Source of the DNA: TPA_inf: Saccharomyces
Taxonomy: Eukaryota
Assembly: GCA_000146045.2 (NCBI GenBank)
Contig: BK006943.2
Coordinates: forward strand, 192,001 to 256,000
Direction: 5' to 3'
Length of the DNA stretch: 64,000 nucleotides
Shown: positions 31,328 to 44,356 of the stretch, piece after piece
Layout: each line of letters begins with the position of its first letter
Numbering within the stretch: position 1 is the first letter of the stretch
The notes under the pieces: generated by a model
Seen by the model: the letters and a program-made list of their open reading frames with translations, nothing else
Told to the model about the DNA's origin: nothing
The model's database searches: none
Made by a program: the position numbers and the translations under genes

Positions 31328-33054
31328 TAATTTGTCATTTGACTGACGAATCGTTAGGCACAGTTATATAGTTATATACACATAGACATACATATGTTCG
31401 CATATATATTATATTACTATGCATTCACCTAAATAGCTACTGCTCTATTAATACAGTGCTTTTTCGATGGCTTTAATTTAACTTATTAGACATTACTTTG
31501 CGTTTATTCCCCTCCAATATATTTTTATGTTTGTTTTTCTTGAACATTTTATGATTTCTTGCTCTTGGCGGCTACTGATTTTGTTAAGCAACTCATCAAG
31601 AGGTCAAAAAAAGTAGAACGAGATCTTTGTGTTCGGTTACCCGGCTCAGATCCTAACTTGGTATGTTTATTCGTATAAGTTACTGTTGTCCACAGGCAAT
31701 ACTCTGCAGAAAATTAAAACGGCATTAATGCTAGGACAACCAGAACTGTTACTACTGTATGTGCGATAGTTGATAACTGCAACATTATGCCCGGTATATT
31801 CTCAAAAAACCCTATTACTGCATACGAAGAAATCGCAAGAGAAATCTTTCGGTTTGGAAAAGCTCACTGTGAGGTTCCTTGGAGCCAATAGTAATACAGC
31901 ACAATCCAAGGAAAAATCTGGCCTATATGCAAGGAAGGAGAGATAGTCAAAAGCATTCTTTCCCCTAGAAGTTGGTGCATATATGGCATCGTTAAAACAT
32001 ATTACCCCCAAAATTTCTTCTCTAAACGATGTGCTTGGCCTTTGTTTTGGTTTTTGATGTCGGTCGTTTGAGGCCCCTTGCGGAAAATCGAGATCGCCGA
32101 ATGGCACGCGAGGGAAGGGAAATAAGGTTTAAAGGCACTGAAACAATAGGCAAGAAGTAGGCGAGAGCCGACATACGAGACTAATGTGTCCGCGTTTCTA
32201 AGGCCACTTTTCAATGAAACGGATATTGATATGCTAGTAAAAGGACGAGCTCAAGAGCGAAAATATAAGTAAAGAATTCGAGTGCACTTGTCTCCATGCA
32301 GCAAGATTTCATATGAGTCTTTTTTATCTTTTTACTTTTTACATTACACGATATGCACTTTATGAAAATTTAACGAGGTTGGAAGCCGGATAATCAACCA
32401 AAATCAGGCACGAAGGCACACTCGTATATGCATGTTGTTGAAACTCTGTTACGCTGAACTAACAATCACACATGTAGAGGTCACCGGGAAAAGTTGCGAC
32501 CCCATGGAAGGTCGATCTCTTCGTTTGGCTTTGCTTGGCTGGCGGCATTGCGCTTCTTCGCTTATACCCGTCTCTTGACGCTCGAGCTCGTTCATTGAGA
32601 TACCTTTATTCTTGCACATTTTCTGGCTTTTTTCGCTACTCGGGTACATGTAATCATGCACACAGAAGGTGCTGTAGGGTGAAAGTTCCTTTGTGCTGTC
32701 GTTTGTTTTTAATGCCAAACTTTCTGGTGATCAATAACCACCTCTTTTTCCTTCAGGAAACCTTATTATTGTTCTTGGATAGTACTAGGAAGTATATAAG
32801 GAACCTCGATTTTGGTATTGCACGGCTATACACATCTAAGAAACTTTGTATAAAAGGTGGCTACCCTATTCATAGCTTGATATCAATAGGCCATCTCATC
32901 ACTTTTTATTGAAAAGGAAAGGAGGGAAATATATCTGATTCAAATTACTTGTTTGCTTCTCTTTAAGACAAAAGCATAGATAATTTCAGCGTGGAACGCC
33001 GGAATAAGATTGGTACCCTCGTCAGAAAGTTACAAATACCGCTTCATCTTCAAA

Positions 33055-34737
33055 ATGACTTCACCGGAATCACTATCTTCTCGTCATATCAGGCAAGGAA
33101 GGACATACACAACCACAGACAAGGTCATATCGCGGTCGTCGTCGTACTCATCTAATAGTTCAATGTCTAAAGATTACGGCGATCACACACCCTTGTCCGT
33201 CAGCAGTGCAGCTTCAGAGACATTACCCTCACCTCAGTATATGCCGATAAGGACATTCAATACAATGCCTACAGCTGGCCCAACGCCTTTACATTTATTT
33301 CAAAATGACAGGGGCATTTTCAACCATCATTCTTCATCAGGCTCATCAAAAACGGCATCAACAAATAAAAGAGGAATAGCAGCAGCAGTAGCATTGGCAA
33401 CTGCTGCCACCATACCATTTCCACTGAAAAAACAGAATCAAGATGATAATTCCAAGGTCTCGGTAACACACAATGAATCATCGAAAGAAAATAAAATTAC
33501 ACCCTCCATGAGAGCAGAAGATAACAAACCTAAAAATGGTTGCATCTGCGGTTCAAGTGACTCCAAGGATGAGTTGTTTATACAGTGTAACAAATGTAAA
33601 ACGTGGCAGCACAAGTTATGTTATGCTTTCAAAAAATCAGATCCAATAAAAAGAGATTTTGTTTGCAAAAGATGTGACAGTGATACGAAAGTGCAGGTTA
33701 ATCAAGTAAAACCAATGATATTCCCTAGAAAAATGGGAGATGAGCGATTATTTCAATTTTCATCCATAGTGACAACTTCAGCATCGAACACAAATCAGCA
33801 TCAACAGTCTGTGAATAACATAGAGGAACAGCCCAAGAAACGTCAACTTCATTATACCGCCCCAACAACTGAAAATAGCAATAGTATACGGAAAAAATTG
33901 AGGCAAGAAAAACTGGTAGTATCAAGCCACTTTCTGAAGCCACTACTGAATGAGGTAAGTTCTTCCAATGACACGGAATTCAAAGCAATAACAATATCAG
34001 AGTATAAGGACAAATATGTTAAGATGTTTATTGATAACCATTATGATGACGATTGGGTTGTTTGTTCTAACTGGGAAAGCTCAAGGTCAGCTGACATCGA
34101 GGTAAGAAAATCATCAAATGAAAGAGATTTTGGAGTCTTCGCTGCAGATTCTTGTGTTAAAGGTGAGCTAATTCAAGAATATTTGGGCAAAATTGATTTT
34201 CAAAAAAATTATCAGACAGATCCAAATAATGACTATCGTTTGATGGGAACGACAAAACCTAAAGTACTTTTTCATCCACATTGGCCTTTATATATAGACT
34301 CTCGAGAAACAGGCGGATTAACAAGATACATAAGACGGAGTTGTGAGCCCAATGTGGAACTAGTAACGGTAAGACCGCTTGACGAAAAACCAAGAGGAGA
34401 TAATGATTGTAGAGTTAAATTTGTTTTAAGGGCTATAAGAGATATTCGTAAGGGAGAAGAGATAAGCGTAGAATGGCAATGGGATTTGAGAAATCCTATT
34501 TGGGAGATAATAAATGCATCTAAAGATTTGGATTCCCTACCGGATCCCGACAAGTTCTGGTTGATGGGGTCAATAAAGACTATTTTAACAAATTGTGATT
34601 GTGCATGTGGGTACTTGGGCCATAATTGTCCAATAACTAAAATCAAAAACTTTTCTGAAGAATTCATGAGGAATACGAAGGAATCCCTATCTAATAAATC
34701 TTACTTTAATACAATAATGCACAACTGTAAGCCATAA
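33055..34737 (+). CDS. SET4: SET4 (YJL105W), PHD-finger plus SET-domain chromatin protein (SET3 paralog)
   Basis: It has a PHD finger (CICGSSDSKDELFIQCNKCKTWQHKLCYAF..CKRCD) and a C-terminal SET domain. The 560-aa protein starts at the first ATG (33055). The track ORF starts at TTG 33010. Confidence 0.8.
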   Translation: MTSPESLSSRHIRQGRTYTTTDKVISRSSSYSSNSSMSKDYGDHTPLSVSSAASETLPSPQYMPIRTFNTMPTAGPTPLHLFQNDRGIFNHHSSSGSSKTASTNKRGIAAAVALATAATIPFPLKKQNQDDNSKVSVTHNESSKENKITPSMRAEDNKPKNGCICGSSDSKDELFIQCNKCKTWQHKLCYAFKKSDPIKRDFVCKRCDSDTKVQVNQVKPMIFPRKMGDERLFQFSSIVTTSASNTNQHQQSVNNIEEQPKKRQLHYTAPTTENSNSIRKKLRQEKLVVSSHFLKPLLNEVSSSNDTEFKAITISEYKDKYVKMFIDNHYDDDWVVCSNWESSRSADIEVRKSSNERDFGVFAADSCVKGELIQEYLGKIDFQKNYQTDPNNDYRLMGTTKPKVLFHPHWPLYIDSRETGGLTRYIRRSCEPNVELVTVRPLDEKPRGDNDCRVKFVLRAIRDIRKGEEISVEWQWDLRNPIWEIINASKDLDSLPDPDKFWLMGSIKTILTNCDCACGYLGHNCPITKIKNFSEEFMRNTKESLSNKSYFNTIMHNCKP

Positions 34738-35326
34738 ACGAAATTTTAAAATTAATAGTATTCATTTTAATCTTTTTTGAAAGCTTAATTTTATCATCAT
34801 AATTTTTCTTCCAAAACTTCAATCTTGGTATTTTTTTTCGCATTGGTCTTCATTTTTTTTCTTTTGTTTTTAGCTTTAATGTTGAAAGCGTGAATATCAA
34901 AACACTTTTATAATAAATCACCACTTTGTAACTATAGAGAACAATTCATGCTTTATTTATAGATGCCACGATTAAGCATCAATCATTAGTTGAGAGGATC
35001 CTTAACGTTAAAATCCACCGCACTTTTCCTTTCAAAAAGCTGCATTGTTTCCATAATTCATTTCATGGCAGGTTAATGACTTATTTGATATGAAGAGTGA
35101 GGTTCTTATCAAATGAAATTCCTACATATGAATTTTTTAAAAGAGAGTTTTTCGTTTTACGATATTTATTTACTTCATCATCGTTTATCATTTTTCACGT
35201 AGCAAATTTTGAAGCTTCAACTTATAACTCATTTGCATCCGATTCACATATTTCAGCTGACTATAAATTTGGCAACAGCTTCGTGACTTGAGCATAAGAA
35301 AAACATAGACTTGTTGGATATAAAAT

Positions 35327-35776
35327 ATGGCTCACAGGGCTTTCATACAGGTTATAATCACAGGAACTCAAGTTTTTGGAAAAGCATTCGCCGAGGCGTA
35401 TAGACAAGCGGCTTCACAATCAGTGAAACAAGGTGCTACAAATGCATCTAGAAGGGGAACAGGAAAAGGCGAATATGGTGGTATTACGTTGGATGAGAGT
35501 TGTAAAATTTTAAATATTGAAGAATCCAAGGGCGATTTAAACATGGACAAGATTAATAACAGGTTTAACTATCTATTTGAGGTTAACGATAAAGAAAAAG
35601 GTGGAAGCTTCTACTTACAGAGCAAAGTTTATCGAGCAGCAGAAAGGTTAAAATGGGAACTGGCTCAGAGAGAAAAAAATGCGAAGGCGAAAGCAGGGGA
35701 CGCTTCAACAGCGAAACCTCCTCCGAATTCAACAAATTCATCTGGTGCAGATAATAGTGCAAGCAGCAATCAGTAG
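35327..35776 (+). CDS. PAM16: PAM16/TIM16 (YJL104W), J-like subunit of the mitochondrial presequence translocase motor
   Basis: 149 aa, MAHRAFIQVIITGTQVFGKAFAEAYRQAAS.., with a degenerate J domain (..ILNIEESKGDLNMDKINNRFNYLFEVNDKEKGGSFYLQSKVYRAAERL). Confidence 0.9.
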   Translation: MAHRAFIQVIITGTQVFGKAFAEAYRQAASQSVKQGATNASRRGTGKGEYGGITLDESCKILNIEESKGDLNMDKINNRFNYLFEVNDKEKGGSFYLQSKVYRAAERLKWELAQREKNAKAKAGDASTAKPPPNSTNSSGADNSASSNQ

Positions 35777-37024
35777 TCAAGGAAGCCTCCATCATTACGT
35801 CACAAGTGTTATCGAAAGCATGCAGCAGTGCATATATTTTCCTAGTTGGTTGCTTCCTGTACGTTAGGAATCTTCAACCACCATCCTTGTATTTAGTTAA
35901 TATTAGTATATGTACCAAAGTAAATATACTCAGATGCCATCTCGATATACGCACCGTACACGAAAATGAAATTAAAAAAAAAATGTTGGAGCACAAGCAA
36001 GGCAGCATCAGAACGTACCGTCAGTTGGTACCAAGACAAGTCCATCCCCGTAGGCACTACAAATTATGGGAATGAGAAAGTATACAAAATATAAACTGTC
36101 TTATCATGAAGAAGAGTCGCTTAGGAATTTAAACTTTCAAATCGCATTACGCAATTCTCTAAAAACGCGAACCTTTCCCTGATATGTAATCAGGGAATTT
36201 CCTCAGAATAATATTCGATCTAAGAAACCGGAAACGAAATGAAAATTGTTACTACTTTGTTTAGGAGTAGTCAAAGTTCATTCAGCTATGGGTTATGATG
36301 AAATGATTTAAATTATTCTCGCTCCAGTATTAACTTATTACGTAATATGAGCTTAAAAGAGCAAGCTCCTCATCACTCACACTCCATAACATGAAGAACG
36401 AAAATAACCTAATCTTTAGGTTTCTATGGTATAATGAAATTAATATTATCTAAAGATAGTATTAACCACTACTGATGTTAGCCTTTTGAAAAAAAATCAA
36501 AAGAAAAATTTGAATTTTAAAGAAGAAGTAACAAAGGGAAGAAGTTTTTGCCAATCGGACAACACTAGCTCTATTTATACTTTTCTGTTGCTCCAAAAAC
36601 AGGAAAGAACAAATTTTTCAATTTAGTGTGACCCGGCTAATAATAAAGAGGGAAGTAATAGGTAGGGTTTTACTGGCAAGAAATCCATATTGTTGCTCCC
36701 GAATAATATTATAAATTCTTGTAATTAATACAAAGTTTCTAGATCCACCTTGTTTAAAAATATAAAGTTATGCTTAAAATTCTTCAGGGAAGAAGGTTTT
36801 CAATGGATGATTTTACATTTTTGACGAATTCCTGAGAAACTAAATTACAATGTAAAACTGTACATAAATATAAATATTATTGTTGATACGGAAAGTAAAA
36901 TAAAAAAAAGAAACGCTAAAGAATACTGAATTGCCAACCTAAGTAAAAAATAAGCGATAAAATCAAAGAAACGGACAGAATGCATATAAAAACTGTAATC
37001 AGTAATAAGCCCAAAAAATAGTGA

Positions 37025-38881
37025 TCAGTCCATTTCAAAAATTGGTAAAAATTGTCCCATTACGAGAATTGGGATATTAAACGAGTCCCTTTTTACTGTC
37101 CAACAACAGGCACACTTCAAATAAAGACCGTTACTTAATAATAAATTGCACTTAGTAAAGATTGCTTTTCCATCCGTAGTAAAAGAAAACCCTTCTGTAA
37201 TTTTTGACGAGGTAGAAGAACATGCGTTCAACATCAATAGTTTTTTCCTTTTATTGATATCATTGTAACCAAATGCCAGCAATTCGTTAAATATTTGAAA
37301 GTAATTCGAAACGCTTTTATGATCCAGATATTCAAAAATAAAGGAGGTGCGGTCTAATAGTAAATTTTTGTTAAAACCTGTTAAAGAATAGAATTCGTTA
37401 CTGACAAAACAAATCTCGCCTGATCTTCTCCAGATGCACATCGGTGTGCAGCTTACTAATTTTGCCATGTTCTCCAAATCTAATAAAGCCCTTTGCAAGG
37501 TAACTTCCTGTAATAGCAAATCCTCTTCAATCATATTGGATGTTAACGAAATGAAAATTGGAGCATATCTTTCTAGTATAGAGCGTATTATAACTTCTAA
37601 ATCATATCTCAAATTATGCTTTTGGGTACTGTGTTCGTCTTTTACTGAGGCAGATTTATCAATTTCAGCTCCTTCAAGAAATTTTTTTCTTAAAGTAGTT
37701 AGCAGTTTGGTGTATGCGAGCTTGTAATTATGCGGTTTTATTAAACATTTATTGTCATATAGGTCTTGAGGAGTCTTTACTAATTCACGAAACTTTGAAG
37801 GTGATATGAAATCGGTATCATGTTTCTCCAGATCTGCATCGGAGTGACTAGAACTGTCACATTCGCTTTCCAGTTTGGCGTTATGTGATGGGTGTGTATT
37901 AGCGTTTGCTCCACGATTCAAATGCAGCATGTCTAAAGATATAAAGGGCCTAGACACTACTTCATCATATGTATTGAAAGTAGAAGTGGAATGGCCGATC
38001 GAGGAGTCCTTTTGGTCATTCACGCTTTTTGTCGAGTTTAAAAGGTTCGTTAAATGCAATGACGAATTTCCCCGTGTAGATGCGCTAGGATTGGGATATT
38101 CTGATTCTTGGAGGGAAAATATCTGGGAGTTATTCGGTAAAAACGGCGTTGAAATATCTACTATATCCTTTAATTTCATGTATTCGTCATTGCACCACAT
38201 ACTATCAAAGTGAATATTAGTTTCGTCATCGACATCATCGTCACTCTTATTACTATCGTCCATTCCAGAGTGCACAGGAACGTTTGAAGTAGCAACCAAA
38301 CAATTGGTAGCCAGCGGCTGCTGCATTGCTTTATGTTGCTCTAGGAAATGCGACTTTAAATTGAGAGTACTCTTCCGTACGGTGGGTATGATGGGGTCAT
38401 TCATTAAATGTACTGCTTGTGAAGCTGATATATTATTAGAAGTATTTTCTAAGACGGTCTGGCGGTTATTCGTATTGAAGTTCGTAATACGTGGAATAGA
38501 TCCAGCGCTTTGAAAGTTATCATTTATATTATACGTATATTGGATATTCGTATTGTGGGCAGGTGTTTTGCCTGGTTTTTCCTGATCTGAAGATAGAAAA
38601 TCTCGCTGCAGATGTACGCTTGAGGGGGATACCGTCTTCGACGGCACATCATGTATTACCAGCCTCTTCCCCAAATTCAAGTATGGTTGTGTTCCATGCT
38701 TCTCAATTCGTTTTCTTGATTTCCTTTTCTTATCTCTGCAAAACTTCCCAATATTTCTTTTTAAACAGTTTTGACATGGCCTCCCTACGTCACACTGTAT
38801 ATGTTTGGTATGACAGAATTCACAAGCTGTCTGGATAGACTTTCTCGTCTGTTTCAACTCTGAAGGTAGTTTTTTGGTCAT
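37025..38881 (-). CDS. GSM1: GSM1 (YJL103C), Zn2Cys6 binuclear-cluster transcription factor
   Basis: 618 aa. It has the N-terminal Zn2Cys6 motif CEFCHTKHIQCDVGRPCQNCLKRNIGKFC, with a PAS-like region downstream. Confidence 0.85.
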   Translation of the reverse strand: MTKKLPSELKQTRKSIQTACEFCHTKHIQCDVGRPCQNCLKRNIGKFCRDKKRKSRKRIEKHGTQPYLNLGKRLVIHDVPSKTVSPSSVHLQRDFLSSDQEKPGKTPAHNTNIQYTYNINDNFQSAGSIPRITNFNTNNRQTVLENTSNNISASQAVHLMNDPIIPTVRKSTLNLKSHFLEQHKAMQQPLATNCLVATSNVPVHSGMDDSNKSDDDVDDETNIHFDSMWCNDEYMKLKDIVDISTPFLPNNSQIFSLQESEYPNPSASTRGNSSLHLTNLLNSTKSVNDQKDSSIGHSTSTFNTYDEVVSRPFISLDMLHLNRGANANTHPSHNAKLESECDSSSHSDADLEKHDTDFISPSKFRELVKTPQDLYDNKCLIKPHNYKLAYTKLLTTLRKKFLEGAEIDKSASVKDEHSTQKHNLRYDLEVIIRSILERYAPIFISLTSNMIEEDLLLQEVTLQRALLDLENMAKLVSCTPMCIWRRSGEICFVSNEFYSLTGFNKNLLLDRTSFIFEYLDHKSVSNYFQIFNELLAFGYNDINKRKKLLMLNACSSTSSKITEGFSFTTDGKAIFTKCNLLLSNGLYLKCACCWTVKRDSFNIPILVMGQFLPIFEMD

Positions 38882-39300
38882 ATGTATATATATTCTTGTA
38901 TGCTGTATCCAAATATATTATTTCTTTACTCCCTTTATTGCTAAGCTGTAATACGTTAAATCATTCGAAATATGATCTATTCATGCAAAAACTTGATGTG
39001 TGTAACAAAGAAAATATCCGGTTCAGAGATCCGAACAAATGATAGTCGTACCCTTCCCCTTAGTGTTAACTCGTTTAAGCAGGCTATGATGATTAGTAAA
39101 TCGTTTCAGCCTCTTCTCATTTCGACAATTTTTGAGGCCTTCCCTTAGTGAGAGGGGAGATAACCAATCAGCACAGAGAACGACGACGGCGCGGAGGCTG
39201 GGCGGTTAAAAGAAGATAATGTGAAATAGATCAACAAGCTTTCTGGTGGCAAAACGGCAGTCAGAGATATACAAAAGGGGCAAGATAAGTGAGGGAGGCT

Positions 39301-41760
39301 ATGTGGAAATGGAATGTGCGCAGATGGGCGGGCGCAAGAGTAAACATTAGCAAGAACCGATTAAGTGTAATTAACGTTGGAAGTAGATACTTATCGACCG
39401 CAAGAAGTCCACTGTCTAAGGTTAGAAATATAGGAATTATAGCCCATATCGATGCAGGTAAAACTACCACAACAGAGAGGATGCTTTATTATGCAGGAAT
39501 CTCAAAGCATATTGGAGACGTCGACACTGGCGATACGATAACTGATTTTTTAGAGCAGGAGAGATCCCGAGGTATCACAATTCAAAGCGCTGCGATTTCA
39601 TTCCCATGGCGAAATACTTTTGCAATAAATCTTATTGATACGCCGGGACATATAGATTTTACTTTTGAAGTGATTAGGGCTTTGAAAGTTATTGATTCAT
39701 GCGTGGTCATTTTGGACGCTGTTGCCGGCGTAGAGGCACAGACAGAGAAGGTTTGGAAGCAAAGTAAATCGAAGCCCAAAATCTGCTTTATCAACAAAAT
39801 GGATCGTATGGGGGCGAGTTTCAACCATACAGTCAATGACTTGATAAATAAATTTATGAGAGGAACAACTACCAAACCGGTGTTGGTAAACATTCCTTAC
39901 TATCGAAAACAACCGACTAGCAATGATTATGTTTTCCAAGGTGTTATTGACGTCGTAAATGGGAAGCGATTAACCTGGAATCCAGAAAATCCTGATGAAA
40001 TTATCGTGGATGAGTTGGATGGTACTTCTCTTGAGCAGTGTAATCGTTGTAGGGAATCGATGATAGAGACTTTGACTGAATACGACGAAGATTTAGTCCA
40101 GCACTTCTTAGAGGAGGCAGAAGGCGATTACTCCAAGGTTTCCGCACAGTTTTTGAACGCTTCAATAAGAAAACTGACTATGAAGAATATGATTGTACCT
40201 GTCTTATGCGGTGCGTCTTTTAAAAATATTGGCGTGCAGCCTCTATTAGATGCTATAGTTAATTATCTCCCTTCGCCCATTGAAGCCGAACTACCAGAAC
40301 TAAATGATAAAACCGTTCCAATGAAATATGACCCCAAAGTTGGATGTTTAGTAAACAACAACAAAAATCTTTGCATTGCTCTTGCATTCAAAGTGATTAC
40401 GGATCCAATCAGGGGTAAACAAATATTCATTAGAATTTATTCAGGTACACTAAACAGTGGCAATACCGTTTATAATTCTACTACTGGGGAAAAATTTAAA
40501 TTGGGTAAATTACTGATACCCCATGCGGGAACATCACAACCTGTAAATATTTTAACTGCGGGCCAAATCGGATTGCTTACTGGCTCTACAGTCGAAAACA
40601 ACATATCTACTGGAGATACACTAATAACGCATTCGTCGAAGAAGGATGGGTTGAAATCACTTGATAAAAAAAAGGAGTTGACGTTAAAAATCAATTCTAT
40701 CTTCATTCCCCCACCAGTTTTTGGTGTTTCCATCGAACCAAGGACTTTAAGTAATAAAAAATCGATGGAAGAAGCTTTAAACACTTTAATTACTGAAGAT
40801 CCCAGTCTTTCAATTTCTCAAAATGATGAGACTGGCCAAACGGTTTTAAACGGTATGGGTGAATTACACCTTGAAATTGCCAAGGATCGATTGGTTAATG
40901 ACCTAAAAGCAGATGTTGAATTTGGTCAGTTGATGGTGTCCTACAAAGAAACAATTAATTCAGAAACAAATATAGAAACGTATGAGAGTGATGATGGATA
41001 TAGATTCTCCTTATCTCTGCTACCAAATTCCGATGCCCTTCCTAACTGCCTTGCATATCCATTAGGAGTCAACGAGAATTTTCTGATAATGGAAAAAAAT
41101 GGTAATTGGGATAAAGAATGGAAATACCAAGTTTCTTTCGAATCAATTCTAAATTCTATTATTGCAAGTTGCATTGTGGGACTTCAAAGAGGCGGAAAAA
41201 TAGCTAACTTTCCCTTATATGCATGCTCCATCAAAATCAATAGCGATTGGTCAGTCCCACCTGATATTGAAACTCCACAAGAAATCTTAAAAATTACTAG
41301 AAACTTAATTTTTAAAGCTCTCAATGACTTAAAACCTGAAAAATACAACCTTCTGGAACCCATCATGAATCTTGATCTAACAATCCCTCAATCTGATGTT
41401 GGTACGGTGTTACAAGATCTAACAGGAGCAAGAAAGGCTCAAATTCTGTCTATTGAAGACGAATCAAGCGTGTCAAATTCTGGCGCATCCACTTGTAATT
41501 CTCCAGAGAACAGCAATAGGATATATATTCCCTCTGATGCTGTTACAACCCTACACGCAACCAAAGATAAAAAAAACACTCAAGAGACCAGTTCTAATGT
41601 AAAAAAAATTATAAAAGCGAAAGTGCCACTAAGGGAAATTACCACCTACACCAATAAGCTAAGGAGCTTATCGCAAGGGAGGGGTGAGTTCAATATTGAA
41701 TATTCCGATATGGAGAAAGTTACCAACGATCGCCTACAATCAATACTTCACGACTTGTAG
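39301..41760 (+). CDS. MEF2: MEF2 (YJL102W), mitochondrial elongation factor G2 (ribosome recycling GTPase)
   Basis: It has the EF-G family G domain ([31 protein letters not shown]). The first ATG at 39301 gives 819 aa. The track ORF starts at GTG 39289. Confidence 0.9.
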   Translation: MWKWNVRRWAGARVNISKNRLSVINVGSRYLSTARSPLSKVRNIGIIAHIDAGKTTTTERMLYYAGISKHIGDVDTGDTITDFLEQERSRGITIQSAAISFPWRNTFAINLIDTPGHIDFTFEVIRALKVIDSCVVILDAVAGVEAQTEKVWKQSKSKPKICFINKMDRMGASFNHTVNDLINKFMRGTTTKPVLVNIPYYRKQPTSNDYVFQGVIDVVNGKRLTWNPENPDEIIVDELDGTSLEQCNRCRESMIETLTEYDEDLVQHFLEEAEGDYSKVSAQFLNASIRKLTMKNMIVPVLCGASFKNIGVQPLLDAIVNYLPSPIEAELPELNDKTVPMKYDPKVGCLVNNNKNLCIALAFKVITDPIRGKQIFIRIYSGTLNSGNTVYNSTTGEKFKLGKLLIPHAGTSQPVNILTAGQIGLLTGSTVENNISTGDTLITHSSKKDGLKSLDKKKELTLKINSIFIPPPVFGVSIEPRTLSNKKSMEEALNTLITEDPSLSISQNDETGQTVLNGMGELHLEIAKDRLVNDLKADVEFGQLMVSYKETINSETNIETYESDDGYRFSLSLLPNSDALPNCLAYPLGVNENFLIMEKNGNWDKEWKYQVSFESILNSIIASCIVGLQRGGKIANFPLYACSIKINSDWSVPPDIETPQEILKITRNLIFKALNDLKPEKYNLLEPIMNLDLTIPQSDVGTVLQDLTGARKAQILSIEDESSVSNSGASTCNSPENSNRIYIPSDAVTTLHATKDKKNTQETSSNVKKIIKAKVPLREITTYTNKLRSLSQGRGEFNIEYSDMEKVTNDRLQSILHDL

Positions 41761-41938
41761 CAAAAATGTCCTTAATAAACGCCTTGTTATATCTTTATCA
41801 AAATGGTTTTTACAACTATCGAATAGTGTGAACCGATAACTGTGTAGTTGTATATTAATAGAACTTTACTTTTGCGCAGGAACAAACATTTTATTGCGAC
41901 ATAGGCATACCTTGCCCTCAGAGATCTTTATATTCTTG

Positions 41939-42011
41939 TTCCTCGTGGCCCAATGGTCACGGCGTCTGGCTACGAACCAGGAGATTCCAGGTTCGAGTCC
42001 TGGCGGGGAAG
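41939..42011 (+). tRNA. tR(ACG)J: tRNA-Arg(ACG)
   Basis: TTCCTCGTGGCCCAATGGTCACGGCGTCTGGCTACGAACCAGGAGATTCCAGGTTCGAGTCCTGGCGGGGAAG has a cloverleaf, anticodon ACG and no intron. A T-tract terminator lies downstream (TTCTTTTTGT). Confidence 0.9.
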
Positions 42012-42319
42012 AATATTCTTTTTGTCACTAACACAACCATTCTATAAATTGAAGAGAAAAATTAAATGGCCAATATTCTACGTGCTTGTTATTAGAAACT
42101 CGCAACAATTGTTCTGCAAGGCCCCTCATTTTTTTTTGCTATATAAAATAATAAATGGTCACGTTGGCATAAGTTTGTGTAGAAATGCTTAAGATCACTT
42201 GCAAAAATATAAACTGAATAATAAAAAAAAGAGGTATAATACTGGTCGTTGCTTTTTCAATCACCGTGTCACCCAAATCGATAATGTCAACTTTCTTTCA
42301 CAACCGAAGTAAAAGGAGT

Positions 42320-44356
42320 TTAACATTTGCTTTCTATTGAAGGCTTATTTTTTTTTACATATTCTGCAATTTCAGCTCCTAAAAAGGATGTCAATTCACC
42401 TTTTGAATCGTCTAAATGGGTAAGTCTATCACACGTAGAAAGCAAATCATAATTGATCGACTTTGAAATTTTTGAATCATGTTTGTAATCTGGATGTTGT
42501 AGTACAAAATTTCTAAAGAATTTTGCTGTTGTTGGCAATTCACCGCTTGCTCTATCAGAAATTAGCTTTAAATAATAGTATAGTCTCTCGTGTTTGGAAG
42601 AATGCTTTAATTCTTTCCAATCTTTGGTTACAAACCCTTTTTGGCATAGGATTGGCGTAACAAATTGAGGAAATATACCATTCTCTGGATTATGGAAAAT
42701 CTCGCTTATAGAATAATCTTCAGTTTCCACATCGGTGTCGTTGCGAAATGATTTTTTCCAATGAAATTTTTCAAATAGGATAGCATCTCTGTGATGGGCT
42801 ATCTTCATATTTTCCCATACTTTGGACATATGAATATATGCGTTAATATTATCGGAAAAGGTCAAAATGCTATCGACAATCAAGTATATGAGCACGGAAT
42901 ACGCAGCGTTCTCAAAATCTAATAGTTGCACTTCAAATGGTCTGAATTCCACTCTCCAACCAGGAGAATCCTTTTTGTCCGGGGTTGCTTGTTGTGTGGG
43001 GGGTTTAAAACGTAATGTCTGCCAATTTGTACTTTGGATGTTTTCAAAGTGATTTGAAGACGTTTTGTTGTCCTGATTCAACAGTTCTTCGAATGTAGAT
43101 ACTGGATCTCTTATGTAGAGATGCGCAAAATGTTTAGCAAGATCATAGTCCAGTGGCGCCTTATCATTCTCTAGTAGTCGTCCTAATACTTTTTCATTAA
43201 TAGGTACATTTGTGTCGTTATAAGTCCTATTGAAAAATTTCGACCCACCCAAGAAAAGATCAACCGAACTATATCTTGACTTTGGTATTTCAAGGACTTT
43301 ATCTTGTACGTCTTTGGCAATGCCTCCAAATCCGTTCTTGTTGTATTTGGGTAGTAATGGCGCAACACCTCTTTCCTTCGGAGTACGGTCGTCCACCGCA
43401 CCAGATATCACATTCCAACGAACATCTTGGTCGGCTAGCCAACCTTTAAAAGCAGGCGCAGCGGCAGAGAAGGCTAGCATTATAGGTGCAAAATTCACTA
43501 ATGCATCGTACAGGTAACGTGCCTTGTTGATATTGGGTGCCTGAAAGGTCACTTGTAAGCACGAACAGCCCATGCCAAAACCCATGGAATCCATATAAAT
43601 GAAACCCGGTTTGGAAGCCAGTTTCGCCTCTTTGTCTTCTGGTAAAAACCAATCTCGATCGTAGATGGAGTCATCCGTTTCTGGAGTAGCTATATCTTTA
43701 TACATGGGAACATTCATGCAAACTTTTTCACCACGCCTGGTCCTGATGGATGCTGTCAAGTTAGGAAACCTGACATGTCTGTTAATGACTTCATCGGGTA
43801 AAAACAGAGACCTGGAAGCGGCATTTTTATGATTCCACGGATCCTTAATGTTAATAAAGTCGGGGCATCCCATCCTCGGGAAGACAGTCAGCGTCAAAGG
43901 GACAGACCTGGAGCCCACATGCAAGTTATTTTTACTATCTTGTCTCGCATATTCAGATAGCTTATATTCTGCAATGGCACGTCTTTTTTGCATGTTAACC
44001 TCAACGTAACTACCCACGTAATTCAAATATGGAGAAGCTGGTGTTGCCTCTAACATATACCGGCCATACTCAGGGTGAAAACTCACATCGTTAGCCTCAC
44101 AAAGGGACGAATCCTCCATATTAAGCTCAGTGAGTATCTTGTCATGGCAAACGTCGAGCATAGAATTTCTCTCCTTATCATCAAAATCTACAACCATGTA
44201 CTCAAGCTCGTCTCCCCAAAAAAGAGGGTCATTGTCTCTTTTACCAGCAGCTTGGAAAATATACAACAACTGCTCGATACCTTCATCCCTTATGTGTTCA
44301 TTGTACGTCCTAGACTCAAACCACTGCAAAGGCGTGCCCAAAGCTAAGAGTCCCAT
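42320..44356 (-). CDS. GSH1: GSH1 (YJL101C), gamma-glutamylcysteine synthetase (glutamate-cysteine ligase)
   Basis: 678 aa: MGLLALGTPLQWFESRTYNEHIRDEGIEQLLYIFQ.., a eukaryotic GCS catalytic-subunit fold. Confidence 0.92.
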   Translation of the reverse strand: MGLLALGTPLQWFESRTYNEHIRDEGIEQLLYIFQAAGKRDNDPLFWGDELEYMVVDFDDKERNSMLDVCHDKILTELNMEDSSLCEANDVSFHPEYGRYMLEATPASPYLNYVGSYVEVNMQKRRAIAEYKLSEYARQDSKNNLHVGSRSVPLTLTVFPRMGCPDFINIKDPWNHKNAASRSLFLPDEVINRHVRFPNLTASIRTRRGEKVCMNVPMYKDIATPETDDSIYDRDWFLPEDKEAKLASKPGFIYMDSMGFGMGCSCLQVTFQAPNINKARYLYDALVNFAPIMLAFSAAAPAFKGWLADQDVRWNVISGAVDDRTPKERGVAPLLPKYNKNGFGGIAKDVQDKVLEIPKSRYSSVDLFLGGSKFFNRTYNDTNVPINEKVLGRLLENDKAPLDYDLAKHFAHLYIRDPVSTFEELLNQDNKTSSNHFENIQSTNWQTLRFKPPTQQATPDKKDSPGWRVEFRPFEVQLLDFENAAYSVLIYLIVDSILTFSDNINAYIHMSKVWENMKIAHHRDAILFEKFHWKKSFRNDTDVETEDYSISEIFHNPENGIFPQFVTPILCQKGFVTKDWKELKHSSKHERLYYYLKLISDRASGELPTTAKFFRNFVLQHPDYKHDSKISKSINYDLLSTCDRLTHLDDSKGELTSFLGAEIAEYVKKNKPSIESKC

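Noticed and set aside
31523-31533. ARS consensus-like match TTTTATGTTTG downstream of IME2
   Set aside because: It is a 10 of 11 match only. A/T-rich intergenic DNA yields many such matches, and I found no B-element context, so I do not call it an origin.
31802-32912. Overlapping short ORFs (101, 70, 89, 125 aa) in the IME2-SET4 intergenic region
   Set aside because: They overlap one another on both strands and show no codon-bias-like composition or domain. This is probably promoter/UTR sequence of SET4.
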